Origin: a phage
Reading direction: 5' to 3' (one strand)
DNA: 46,716 nt
Assembly (NCBI GenBank): GCA_018580065.1
Contig: GCA_018580065.1_4845.1
In this document: positions 24,055 through 32,455 of the stretch, piece after piece
Position numbering within the stretch: position 1 is the stretch's first letter
Layout of the letters: every line of letters starts with the position of its first letter
The notes under the pieces: model-generated
Databases searched by the model: none
Seen by the model: only the letters and a program-made list of their open reading frames with translations
What the model was told of the DNA's origin: nothing
Position numbers and translations under genes: made by a program

Positions 24055-25476
24055 TCGCCTGCGCCGGATTAGCATCCCGCTACCGCGCTGTACGATGTGG
24101 TCATTGAGTGCGTAGCGAACCGCATCCCAATAGTGGTTGTATGCATCAACAATATCAGTCAGCACATTCCCAGTCAGCTTATCAACCTTATAGCTGTACA
24201 TTGCAGCCTCATTCTGCATTTCCTTGCATCGCTCGTGGATGACAATGCTGTCACATCCGCGCAGCCATGTTACGCCATCTTCAACGCTACCCGGCCATTT
24301 TGTGCATGGATGAATATCAAATCCAGAGCGCTTAATATGGCTAATGGTTTCGGGTCGAGCACAGTCGGCATACCATCTTGCGCGTTTAGCCATCGGGAAT
24401 GATTGCTCCATCGCGGCTGGTGTATCGGTAATCTCAAGGCCAACCTTGCCATACTCGCGATTAATATAAATGTTGCGTCGTCCACCTGGTAATTCTTCAA
24501 TGTAAACCTCAACCATTGCGGTAGGATCGGTGGAAAACCCGAAGTCCATCCCGAAATATGGACCATGCCATTCAGGCTTAACCTCAAAGTTATCAATGCG
24601 CCATTTTCCGCCGAATACCTGCTCGTCGCTGCGTTTGTTGAATGCTCCCATCCAAATCCAGCGATAACGGTCGTAATCAGTTCGCTTCATTTGCTCCATA
24701 GCGGACGGCAGGGGAGTGTCCCAGAACCACGGGTTGTCTGAATAGTTACATTCGATAATCAGAATTTCATCGTTTTCGAATATGCCATCAACCATCTGCG
24801 AGTGATAAGGCGCAATCCAGTTTTTCCACGTCGGGTCTGTTTCCTTGTTTGGGTTGAATGAGCACCACAACTCGGAATTGGCGGCACGGATGGTAGGCAC
24901 AAGAATATCCCAGCTTGTCTGGCTGACGTTCTCTGCTTCCTCTACCCAACCAACGGTAATGCCAGCGAAGCCCTTAACGGTTGTCTGATTGCGATACAGC
25001 CCCTTGAAGCGAAACTTCGCTTTGGTCTTCTTGTGTGTTATCTCGTTGTTGATAACGCGAAACTCTGCCGATTCACCCTTCCGGGCTATCTCATCAACAA
25101 GTTCCTGATAGCTTGAATCCTCAATGGATTGCTGAATCTCACGAAAGCAAGCAAAGCGGTCAGGTCGAAACCTTGCGCGCTCGGTAAGGATAGTGATAAT
25201 TGTTCTCGTCTTCCCTGACCCACGGCCACCATAGACGAACTTGAATCGTTTGGGGTAAAGCAGTCGCTCCAGTTTTGCGGGAATCAGGTGGTCGGCATGA
25301 GTGGTTGCATTGGTCACGTCATCAACGCCAGTAGCGGTCATCCTTAACCGCTTGATGACGTTTTTCTGCATGTCGCAGATACCAAAGATGGCAGACTCTG
25401 CAACATCTGTCATTGCATCATCAATCTGCGCTTCCAGCTTTTCTATTGCCAGTGCAGAGAGGCGTTTACGAGCCAT
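24052..25476 (-). CDS. terL: terminase large subunit
   Basis: 474 aa from MARKRLSAL. Walker A YGGRGSGKT. C-terminal nuclease-like region. Follows the small subunit. Confidence 0.9.
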   Translation of the reverse strand: MARKRLSALAIEKLEAQIDDAMTDVAESAIFGICDMQKNVIKRLRMTATGVDDVTNATTHADHLIPAKLERLLYPKRFKFVYGGRGSGKTRTIITILTERARFRPDRFACFREIQQSIEDSSYQELVDEIARKGESAEFRVINNEITHKKTKAKFRFKGLYRNQTTVKGFAGITVGWVEEAENVSQTSWDILVPTIRAANSELWCSFNPNKETDPTWKNWIAPYHSQMVDGIFENDEILIIECNYSDNPWFWDTPLPSAMEQMKRTDYDRYRWIWMGAFNKRSDEQVFGGKWRIDNFEVKPEWHGPYFGMDFGFSTDPTAMVEVYIEELPGGRRNIYINREYGKVGLEITDTPAAMEQSFPMAKRARWYADCARPETISHIKRSGFDIHPCTKWPGSVEDGVTWLRGCDSIVIHERCKEMQNEAAMYSYKVDKLTGNVLTDIVDAYNHYWDAVRYALNDHIVQRGSGMLIRRRR

Positions 25477-25609
25477 TGGTTGGCTCCTGAAGAATGTCGG
25501 CCACCTCCTCATCACTCATTGACTCATCAAACACAACGTCTCGCTCATCTCCGCTGCGCAGAAGAATCACCTCATCACATCTTTGTTTATAATAAACTGA
25601 ATCATCCAT
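25466..25609 (-). CDS. hypothetical acidic 47-aa protein between terS and terL
   Basis: The ATG overlaps the terS stop codon region (ATG 25609..25607, stop 25604..25602). The ORF ends 11 nt inside terL. Confidence 0.45.
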   Translation of the reverse strand: MDDSVYYKQRCDEVILLRSGDERDVVFDESMSDEEVADILQEPTNGS

Positions 25610-26021
25610 TCTGCTGCTCCAGTAGTTTCTCCAGCCGCTCAAGTCTCGCGGCGAGTTCAGTAACTTCGGCAATATCCAGCCCTGTCCTGATAACCTCGGC
25701 AAATGTCTTACCAATGTCCACAGGTATAACACCAGCGGCTATACCTCGAATGACGGCGTCAATCTTCTGCACCGGAGTTCCGTCATCAGGGAAGTCCACC
25801 TCAAACACTGGGGCAACTGGTTTAGGTAGCGGACTGAATCGAACGATAAGCTCCTTCATCATTGCGGTGTCACGCTCAATCATTGCCATCTCAATGATGG
25901 TGTCATAGAGCTTTTCTTCGCTAAATCCCTTTCTCTCAAGAGCTTCAACAAGCAGCTTACGCTTATCTTTCCCGCGTTTGTTTTGTGGTTGATTTTCTTT
26001 ACTGAATAGCTTTTTAGCCAT
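25602..26021 (-). CDS. terS: terminase small subunit (putative)
   Basis: 139 aa. Basic N-terminus (KENQPQNKRGKDKRK), C-terminal coiled coil. Directly upstream of terL. Confidence 0.7.
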   Translation of the reverse strand: MAKKLFSKENQPQNKRGKDKRKLLVEALERKGFSEEKLYDTIIEMAMIERDTAMMKELIVRFSPLPKPVAPVFEVDFPDDGTPVQKIDAVIRGIAAGVIPVDIGKTFAEVIRTGLDIAEVTELAARLERLEKLLEQQNG

Positions 26022-26064
26022 AGATAAAACCTATCAATATTCCGCTATTTTTCCGTTATTCGAT

Positions 26065-26085
26065 ATTGTAACAGATTCTACACCA
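26065..26085 (-). promoter_or_regulatory. late-type extended -10 promoter (TGTTACAAT) preceded by a TGGTGTAGAAT motif
   Basis: Minus strand reads GGTGTAGAATCTGTTACAAT, about 44 nt upstream of the terS ATG. Confidence 0.45.
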
Positions 26086-26098
26086 TAGCGTTAATGGC

Positions 26099-26124
26099 AA
26101 AAAAAGAACCCGCACGGGGCGGGC
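26099..26124 (-). terminator. rho-independent terminator ending the leftward early operon
   Basis: Minus strand: CCCGC...GCGGG stem followed by TTCTTTTTTT. Confidence 0.7.
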
Positions 26125-26169
26125 CAAAGGTTGGGTGATGATATGAGGAAAGCAATGGTGGTTATGCGT

Positions 26170-26343
26170 TTATTGTACACCATGATTATCACGCTTGCCA
26201 GCATAGCACCACGCGTTTTCTGTTCTGGTCTGCACATGAACGATTTCAAGCGCATCAGGAAATGTTTTGGCGACCTTAGCGATAAAATCGTCCAGCTCGT
26301 GCTGTTTTGCGAGTTGCCAGACTTTCTGTTTAGTGGTTTGCAT
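26170..26343 (-). CDS. hypothetical 57-aa protein
   Basis: Start MQTTKQKVWQ at 26343. Confidence 0.5.
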   Translation of the reverse strand: MQTTKQKVWQLAKQHELDDFIAKVAKTFPDALEIVHVQTRTENAWCYAGKRDNHGVQ

Positions 26344-26509
26344 TAGCAAAAGCCCTCGTTGAGCACATACACTTAATGTCATGTACCCCAGTATCAGGAA
26401 CAACCTCAATGTAATTTCCGAGCTGAACCATCATGTAGTGACACGTCATGCCGCCGTCCCAGTAGCGTTTCCACATGAATTCCATTGCGGAGTTGATGTC
26501 ATTAAACAT
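26330..26509 (-). CDS. hypothetical 59-aa protein
   Basis: Start MFNDINSAMEF at 26509. Confidence 0.5.
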   Translation of the reverse strand: MFNDINSAMEFMWKRYWDGGMTCHYMMVQLGNYIEVVPDTGVHDIKCMCSTRAFANANH

Positions 26510-26609
26510 AATGCACAACTCCTGCAATAGCTGCCATCAGTGTCAGCACATAGACAGCAAGAAAGATTTTAGCGCCAGGGGTGTATCGGCTTCGTTGGTG
26601 TCTGGTCAT
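26502..26609 (-). CDS. 35-aa membrane peptide
   Basis: Hand translation MTRHQRSRYTPGAKIFLAVYVLTLMAAIAGVVHYV. GGAG RBS. Confidence 0.4.
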   Translation of the reverse strand: MTRHQRSRYTPGAKIFLAVYVLTLMAAIAGVVHYV

Positions 26610-26672
26610 TTGCATGTCTCCACTAAAGCGTGCGCCACGTAGAGCGCACTGATAATTAACATTAACGGGTAG

Positions 26673-26975
26673 CTATTCACTTTTAGCCAGGCTTTCGAAT
26701 TGCTGGTTGGTAGTGTCGAACTGAACCATCTTGACAACATCGTCGAACATGACAAATTCTCCTTCATGGTCTTCAGCCATGTCAGCACAGAAGTTCGGAC
26801 TTAATGGGTCGCAACCACCAGTATTAAGCTCGTATCGCTTCAGGTTTGCGATATTTGATAAATTCAGCGCCAGTACAGCAAGGTCATAAACCTCATCAGC
26901 GGTATACCCGGCACCATGCCCATACATTTCAATACGGGATATGATTTCTTCTACACGTTGTTTTGTGATTGTCAT
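26673..26975 (-). CDS. hypothetical protein
   Basis: 100-aa ORF. Confidence 0.65.
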   Translation of the reverse strand: MTITKQRVEEIISRIEMYGHGAGYTADEVYDLAVLALNLSNIANLKRYELNTGGCDPLSPNFCADMAEDHEGEFVMFDDVVKMVQFDTTNQQFESLAKSE

Positions 26976-27205
26976 ACCCTAACCCCCATAATTTCTTCGT
27001 AATAACCATCCTCTTCAAACTCAATCTTTGCGATTGTGAGCGCATCCTCATCAGTGATGTCAATCGCTTTGAATTTGCACTTTGCCAGCACTATGCATCC
27101 TGACAAGATTAGCCACTTATTCCACCATCGCACTCGCCTGATTGTTTTGCTGTCATACATTTTATTCTGCACTATCCAGAACTCGTATGTTTTTACTTTT
27201 GCCAT
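26972..27205 (-). CDS. hypothetical protein
   Basis: 77-aa ORF, coupled to the downstream gene. Confidence 0.6.
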   Translation of the reverse strand: MAKVKTYEFWIVQNKMYDSKTIRRVRWWNKWLILSGCIVLAKCKFKAIDITDEDALTIAKIEFEEDGYYEEIMGVRV

Positions 27206-27241
27206 ATCATCACCATTAAAAATAAGAATGCTGAATCGTGT

Positions 27242-27424
27242 TCAGAACACGATAATTAGCTCATCCATTACTCTTCGCTTACCTTCACCATTGAACACGC
27301 GCACAACGCGATTCACACGGATAGATTCCATTGCATTGCGTGCCTGCTTGCTCATAAAGTTCTGCGCGCCAACGCGACCGAGTTCTGGTTCCAGCTTCTC
27401 GCGACGATAGATAGTCTTTGCCAT
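27242..27424 (-). CDS. hypothetical basic protein
   Basis: 60-aa ORF. Confidence 0.55.
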   Translation of the reverse strand: MAKTIYRREKLEPELGRVGAQNFMSKQARNAMESIRVNRVVRVFNGEGKRRVMDELIIVF

Positions 27425-27427
27425 TTG

Positions 27428-27586
27428 TTATTTCTCCACGTGCGCCTGATACATTGCTTGCCAGATGAAAACAACAGTGTCACTCATCTCATCATCTGTC
27501 ATGCACTCAACATCAATATTTTCCATAAGTTCATGGATGCCAGCTTCAATCATTTCTTCTGTTGGTTGGATTGGTTTGTTGCTCAT
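27428..27586 (-). CDS. hypothetical acidic 52-aa protein
   Basis: Hand translation MSNKPIQPTEEMIEAGIHELMENIDVECMTDDEMS... GAGG RBS. Confidence 0.45.
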   Translation of the reverse strand: MSNKPIQPTEEMIEAGIHELMENIDVECMTDDEMSDTVVFIWQAMYQAHVEK

Positions 27587-27590
27587 TTTG

Positions 27591-27671
27591 TTAAGCCTCA
27601 TAAGAGTTAATGATTGCCTTGATGCGACGACGATACCACTGCATGATGTGTTCGTTATGCCAGTTACTCAT
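27591..27671 (-). CDS. 26-aa peptide
   Basis: Hand translation MSNWHNEHIMQWYRRRIKAIINSYEA. GGGAG RBS. Confidence 0.3.
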   Translation of the reverse strand: MSNWHNEHIMQWYRRRIKAIINSYEA

Positions 27672-27673
27672 TG

Positions 27674-27769
27674 TTACTCCCTATACCCTGATTTAGAAAC
27701 TGCCACTGCGATAATGATGAACGCCACGATAACCAGACTGGCGATAAGCTCGAATGATGCGCCTGTCAT
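27674..27769 (-). CDS. 31-aa membrane peptide
   Basis: Hand translation MTGASFELIASLVIVAFIIIAVAVSKSGYRE. ATGA coupling with the upstream gene. Confidence 0.35.
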   Translation of the reverse strand: MTGASFELIASLVIVAFIIIAVAVSKSGYRE

Positions 27770-27912
27770 TTACCTAACCCATACGCCGAGATTAAAGCCT
27801 GCATTGCTGCGTTCCAGAATGCTTCTGCAGGAATACTGTTATTTGTGCGCTCAACTGCAATGCGCGCCATAGCCTGTGCATCTTTAAATTCTTCGCGGTC
27901 TTTAATTTTCAT
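27766..27912 (-). CDS. hypothetical 48-aa protein, first gene of the leftward early operon
   Basis: Hand translation MKIKDREEFKDAQAMARIAVERTNNSIPAEAFW... GAAGGT RBS. Confidence 0.45.
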   Translation of the reverse strand: MKIKDREEFKDAQAMARIAVERTNNSIPAEAFWNAAMQALISAYGLGK

Positions 27913-27942
27913 ACCTTCACCCTCGTTTGTTTCGATGAGTTC

Positions 27943-27971
27943 AATCTACATCAGTTGTGATTCTACGTCAA
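27943..27971 (-). promoter_or_regulatory. sigma70-like promoter TTGACG-17-TAGATT (minus strand) with two motif copies
   Basis: Minus strand: TTGACGTAGAATCACAACTGATGTAGATT. Motif copies at 27960-27970 and 27943-27953. Confidence 0.6.
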
Positions 27972-28137
27972 CATGCAGAGAAAGAAAAAGCACTACCAAA
28001 TGTTAGTTAATGCTAGCCAACATATATAGTTACATATATTACTAATAGTAACCTTTGTTTATTACCTCTATAAAGTATATTAAGATCTTCTTTATATTTA
28101 TTGTAGATATTAATACCTTACGCTACAGAAACACGAA

Positions 28138-28164
28138 AACCAGCAGTTAAGCTGGTTATTTTTT
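28138..28164 (+). terminator. terminator-like hairpin at the edge of the putative origin
   Basis: Stem AACCAGC/GCTGGTT, loop AGTTAA, then A plus T6. No upstream CDS on the plus strand. Confidence 0.5.
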
Positions 28165-28185
28165 AGTGGTTTTTAGTGTTTTTTG

Positions 28186-28545
28186 GCTTCCCGCGCTTCC
28201 CTGAATTCCCTGGAAGCATTTTTTTCTTTGTTTTCAGTAGCTTCTGAGTGTTTTTTGTATCGCTTCCCGCCTCCCAAGAAAATAATTTTTGAATTTTAAA
28301 ACTCTCAATTTTTTTCGAAAATCTTCCCGGGAAGCGGGAAGTTGGGAAGCGACGACTTAAATAATTGATTTTCCTGTATTTTCGCTTCCCAAGCTGTTTT
28401 GGTTTTTTGGAAGCAAAGCTATTGAAAATAAAAGAAAAATTACCCCTCTGGTAAGCGTTATACTCCTGTTGGAGTGTGCTGTCAACCAGCCGCACGGAAC
28501 AAAGATCATCCCCGTGTAAATGTGTTTGACTAGCTTCCTTTTTCC
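28186..28545. repeat. iteron array GCTTCCC/GGGAAGC (putative replication origin)
   Basis: 7-mer or close variants at 28186, 28195, 28206, 28212(inv), 28262, 28269, 28322, 28329(inv), 28336(inv), 28344(inv), 28384, 28409(inv) and 28533. Interspersed T-tracts. AT-rich block 27990-28135 alongside. Directly upstream of the replication genes. Confidence 0.6.
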
Positions 28546-28554
28546 CTTTATTCT
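28526..28554 (+). promoter_or_regulatory. candidate promoter TTGACT-17-TATTCT for the replication operon
   Basis: TTGACT 28526-28531, TATTCT 28549-28554, upstream of 28582. Confidence 0.4.
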
Positions 28555-28581
28555 TTTTTTTATCAAACAAGAAGTGGAGAA

Positions 28582-28809
28582 ATGGCGATGAGCAAAGAAT
28601 ACCGATTTGGCAGTGCGATTGGCGAGGTCTGGGATTTTGTGCGTGATATGTTGGTTGGTGATCGTAAGGAGTTTAAATTTGATGAGTTTACCGCTAATGA
28701 AGGATTAAGGGGATTCAGAGTGAACCTTCATAAGGTTGCAGTGCGGAACGGATGGATGTTTAAAACGCGAGCTAAGGAGGGTGGCTTGTGGGTAAAACGG
28801 ATTAAGTGA
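28582..28809 (+). CDS. hypothetical small protein, paralog of the C-terminus of the next gene
   Basis: 75 aa (alternative ATG at 28588). Shares the pattern F.FD[DE]F...LR..L.[KR]V....F......V[KR][RV].K with 28821-29243. Confidence 0.65.
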   Translation: MAMSKEYRFGSAIGEVWDFVRDMLVGDRKEFKFDEFTANEGLRGFRVNLHKVAVRNGWMFKTRAKEGGLWVKRIK

Positions 28810-28820
28810 GGTGTTTGGAT

Positions 28821-29243
28821 ATGAAAAGGTACTACATTGAGGCAATTGGGGCTGATGGTAAAAAGTTATATGCCAGCGGTAGATGTGGTTTTCTGCATGA
28901 TTTTACCTATGCGAAGTTTTTCAAAACAATAGAGGAGGCTGAGGGGTATATGGCGTGGCGGAAGCCTCATCTCCCATGTGAAATAAAATGCAAGGAGCAA
29001 AGGGTAAAAAAACGGTCTGCGTCTCAGGTGGAACAAAAAACGACAATGGAGGGAGAAGCTAGAAACTTCGTCTACCGCCTTGGTTTGGATAAGGGAAAGC
29101 ATTTTGTGTTTGATGATTTTAAGTTGATAAAGAGCATTGATCAGTTGAGAACTTCCCTTGACAGGGTGGGTAAGAAGCTGCAAAAAAAATTCAGTGTCAA
29201 TATGGTTGCGCGTAATACCGCTTATGTGGTGAGGGTTAAATGA
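28821..29243 (+). CDS. hypothetical protein with C-terminal domain paralogous to 28582-28809
   Basis: 140 aa from MKRYYIEAIG. GAGGTG RBS. Confidence 0.65.
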   Translation: MKRYYIEAIGADGKKLYASGRCGFLHDFTYAKFFKTIEEAEGYMAWRKPHLPCEIKCKEQRVKKRSASQVEQKTTMEGEARNFVYRLGLDKGKHFVFDDFKLIKSIDQLRTSLDRVGKKLQKKFSVNMVARNTAYVVRVK

Positions 29244-31573
29244 TGATTGGTTATGAAGATTACCGCAAATGTGGCTTCCCTATTATTGGAATCCATGCGA
29301 TGGATATCGACCGAAATTGCACATGCGGTGATCCAGAGTGCAATGCTGCCGGTAAGCATCCGGTTATGAGCAACTGGCAGCTTGGAGTTATATGGGCTGA
29401 TGACCAGATTGAAAATATGGCTGAATATGGTCAGTTGCAGTCATTCGGTGTCCTTGTGAATGGTTATCTGGTCGTTGATATTGACCCACGCAACGGAGGT
29501 AATGATGGATATGAATCGCTTTGTGATGCCTTAGACGTAGAGCTTGCTGACGAAGCTGGTTTTACGGTCAAGACTGGTGGTGGTGGTCGCCACATCTATT
29601 ACAAACTTCCTGAAGGAATAAAGCTGCGCTCTCATGACAGAAGATTTAATGGTATTGACTTTAAATCATCTGGTTTTGTTGTTGGATGTGGTTCTTTTCA
29701 TAAAACTGGAAACTTTTATGAGGCCGAGCATGGATCCCCTTCAGAGATAACTGAATGTCCATCTGAACTTATTGAGCTTTTGTTGCGTCCTGAGAGAACG
29801 GAAGACGAGGTTTTCACGCTTGATAGTAAAAATTACAGCATTGCCGAAATGGAGGATATGCTCAAATACATCAAAGATGGTGATGAGTATGACCCATGGC
29901 TTCATGTAGGTATGGCTATCCACGAAGCTACAGAAGGCAATGGTTTTGAGCTTTGGGATAGATGGTCATCGCAGTTCAGCAAATACAGAGCTGAAGAGAT
30001 GGACGCAAAATGGCATTCCTTTGGAAAGGACGGCGTTAGCGAAAAGATAACAGAAGCAACGCTGGTTTATCTCGCGCAAGAGGGGGGGTGGGTAAGGCAA
30101 GTAACTTTTGAGGCTACGCCAGAGGAAATTGAGAAACTTGAGTCTTTCGAACGAGAGATGGCAATGGGTGTTGGTGAATGCCCTGTAGAGTACAAAAGTG
30201 TTGATGTCCGTTATCCGCCTGGATTTGTTGGTCGCCTTGCGGCGTGGATTAATAAGAACTGTGCAGAGAAGCGAGAGAATATTGCAGCACTTGCCGCATT
30301 GCATGCCGCATCCATGATTTGCGGTGCGTCATCTGATATTTACCTTACAAACAGGAAGGCTTTACCAAACCTTTTTGCTGTTGGTATCGCTGGTTCAGGT
30401 TCAGGTAAGGGTGATGTCCTTGCTGCGCTACAAAAGATAATTGATTGCTCAGGATTGAGTAAGACAGTTGCCGGTAAGATACGCTCAGAGCGTGCGATAT
30501 ATGAAGGTCTTTGCGCTAACCAGATGTTTAATATCATCATGGATGAGATTGGGATAAAACTTGGGAGTGTTGTTGGTCAGAAAGTAAGCGAGTACAACAT
30601 GGCAACCGCTGGTGCGATCATGGAGGCTTACACGTCAGAAGTTCTTTATTGTGACCAGCGGGTTACTGAGGATTTCATTAAGTCTTTTGAAAAAAGAAAG
30701 GCTATGCTGTTGATGGCTATTGAGGAAAATGAAATACAGGCAGACCCCGTTGACATTAAGTGTCAGTTTGATGATGTGATAAACAGAATTGACGGAGCTA
30801 TAAGGAATCCATTTTTTTCAATCTTTGGTGTATCTACTGATGATCAGTTTAAGCGCCTTATTACAGAAGAAAACATTAAGTCAGGCCTTATGGGTCGCGC
30901 AATGATTATGCAGGAGTTACAGGAGATTGCTGATGAAAACGAAAACGTAAACTACTGTGATCTACCTATGGATATGCAACTGACCATAAAAACAATAATA
31001 AATGGCGGAACGGCTGGGCACAAAAACTGGACAGACTCAATAATCAGTCAAAAAGAAAGACGGATTATAAAAGCCACGCCTGAAGTTTCTCAGCTCGCCA
31101 AGGAGTTCTTCTCATGGATTAAAACCGTTGCAAGAAAGCATGTAGAAAATGGTACTGGTTATCACCCATTGATAAACAGATGCGCCGTGAAGGTGGCAAA
31201 GATTGCTGGAATTCTCGCGTGCGATACTGGCGTCATAACCATGGAGCACTTGAGATATGCGGTAGCATTAACAATTAAATCAACAAGCGATCTGATGATG
31301 CGTGCCGACAGTATCGCCGGAGCGAAGTCTAAAGCTATGGAAGAGAGAATTGAAGGCATTTTCTCCATGGTTAAAGAATATGTGAAGCGAGGAATGACCA
31401 AAACAGCAATGGTTAGAGGGGTGGCAAAAGAAGGTGGTTATAAACGTGCTGATGTCGAGAGGTGCGTAGAGAAGTTGTTATCAGATGGTGTTATTTGCAT
31501 TGATGAAAATGCAAAAAGAACATCTCACAACGTAATAATTTACAAATTAACAAATGATGAGGTTGAGATATGA
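29240..31573 (+). CDS. bifunctional primase-polymerase (Prim-Pol) / PriCT-2 / P-loop helicase-like replication protein
   Basis: N-terminal C.CGDPEC..AGKHP...VVDIDPRNGG...GGGRHIYY Prim-Pol motifs. DEYDPWLHVGMAIH PriCT-2-like segment. Walker A GIAGSGSGKG. Confidence 0.85.
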   Translation: MMIGYEDYRKCGFPIIGIHAMDIDRNCTCGDPECNAAGKHPVMSNWQLGVIWADDQIENMAEYGQLQSFGVLVNGYLVVDIDPRNGGNDGYESLCDALDVELADEAGFTVKTGGGGRHIYYKLPEGIKLRSHDRRFNGIDFKSSGFVVGCGSFHKTGNFYEAEHGSPSEITECPSELIELLLRPERTEDEVFTLDSKNYSIAEMEDMLKYIKDGDEYDPWLHVGMAIHEATEGNGFELWDRWSSQFSKYRAEEMDAKWHSFGKDGVSEKITEATLVYLAQEGGWVRQVTFEATPEEIEKLESFEREMAMGVGECPVEYKSVDVRYPPGFVGRLAAWINKNCAEKRENIAALAALHAASMICGASSDIYLTNRKALPNLFAVGIAGSGSGKGDVLAALQKIIDCSGLSKTVAGKIRSERAIYEGLCANQMFNIIMDEIGIKLGSVVGQKVSEYNMATAGAIMEAYTSEVLYCDQRVTEDFIKSFEKRKAMLLMAIEENEIQADPVDIKCQFDDVINRIDGAIRNPFFSIFGVSTDDQFKRLITEENIKSGLMGRAMIMQELQEIADENENVNYCDLPMDMQLTIKTIINGGTAGHKNWTDSIISQKERRIIKATPEVSQLAKEFFSWIKTVARKHVENGTGYHPLINRCAVKVAKIAGILACDTGVITMEHLRYAVALTIKSTSDLMMRADSIAGAKSKAMEERIEGIFSMVKEYVKRGMTKTAMVRGVAKEGGYKRADVERCVEKLLSDGVICIDENAKRTSHNVIIYKLTNDEVEI

Positions 31574-31992
31574 TTAATTACAAGTATCTGGTGATGAGAG
31601 GTTTGTATGACTATTTTGAGTCAGAAAATCCTGAGCGCGCACATGATAACGCAATATCCATGATGACAGGAAAACACCTGATGGAAGTTTACTACTGGAA
31701 AATGCCAGTATTCCGCTGCAATATGGGTATCTGCATTGATGATGACGTACTGTTTTGTCGAATACAATATGAAAACAATGTAGGCATAGTGACAGCATCG
31801 TACAGGGATGTCGCAAGAAAATCCGGGAAATGGCATCCAAGCGAAGTATTTGCTGGTGACGCACTATTTAATTTCTGCAAGGCGTTTGGTGTTTTGTATG
31901 AGGATGTAAGCAAAGAGTATAGCGGAAGGCGTGAGAAAGATAGCTTGAGTTCCAAAGGCGTGACTAACTACAAGGATAAAAACCATGTGTAA
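31570..31992 (+). CDS. hypothetical protein
   Basis: 140-aa ORF, ATGA-coupled to the primase gene. Confidence 0.65.
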   Translation: MINYKYLVMRGLYDYFESENPERAHDNAISMMTGKHLMEVYYWKMPVFRCNMGICIDDDVLFCRIQYENNVGIVTASYRDVARKSGKWHPSEVFAGDALFNFCKAFGVLYEDVSKEYSGRREKDSLSSKGVTNYKDKNHV

Positions 31993-32188
31993 CACAATTA
32001 GAACAATATCAGGCGAACTTTGTCGCTCAGAAGGTTCATGGCATTTCAGGCCGCATGGTTATTCGACATGGTTTTTCTGGAGCGGGATTAACAAAGTATG
32101 GATTCGCTCTAATTACCACGTGCTTGATGATTACTGGCATAGATTTTGTGTTGGTTATGTTGATATTTCAAAATTGATGATTAAGTGA
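31985..32188 (+). CDS. hypothetical Trp-rich protein
   Basis: 67-aa ORF. Confidence 0.5.
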   Translation: MCNTIRTISGELCRSEGSWHFRPHGYSTWFFWSGINKVWIRSNYHVLDDYWHRFCVGYVDISKLMIK

Positions 32189-32198
32189 GGGCAAGGAA

Positions 32199-32450
32199 AT
32201 GGATGTGAAAGATAAGGTTTTGTACGTGATGAGAAAGAGAAAATCCATTGAGGAGGAGACCCTTGGGATTTGTCGAAAGTTCTCCGTTGCCCCGTGGAGT
32301 TTACGTCTATCGATGGTGAATGAATTTCCTGATGATGAATGGACGGCGGCAAAGTTACGGAAGGTTCTGGTTTCTCTTTGTAAGGAGAGCCTTGTATCAA
32401 AGGATTTAAATAACAGTCGCATTGGTAATTCAGTTTGGATTCTGGAGTAA
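32199..32450 (+). CDS. hypothetical protein, possible winged helix
   Basis: 83 aa. AAKLRKVLVSLCKESLV segment similar in style to 842-1060. Confidence 0.55.
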   Translation: MDVKDKVLYVMRKRKSIEEETLGICRKFSVAPWSLRLSMVNEFPDDEWTAAKLRKVLVSLCKESLVSKDLNNSRIGNSVWILE

Positions 32451-32455
32451 AACTG

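Noticed and set aside
26131-26346. 71-aa plus-strand ORF overlapping the last genes of the leftward early operon.
   Set aside because: It is antisense to better-supported coupled minus-strand ORFs, starts inside the terminator region and has no RBS.
28186-28545. Could the repeat array be a CRISPR array?
   Set aside because: The repeats are only 7 nt, occur in both orientations and are irregularly spaced. There are no spacer-like unique units and no cas genes.
28163-28570. 135-aa minus-strand ORF (Lys/Gly/Phe-rich) covering the iteron region.
   Set aside because: The low-complexity translation is produced by the GGGAAGC repeats and T-tracts. There is no RBS, and the region behaves as an origin-like non-coding segment.
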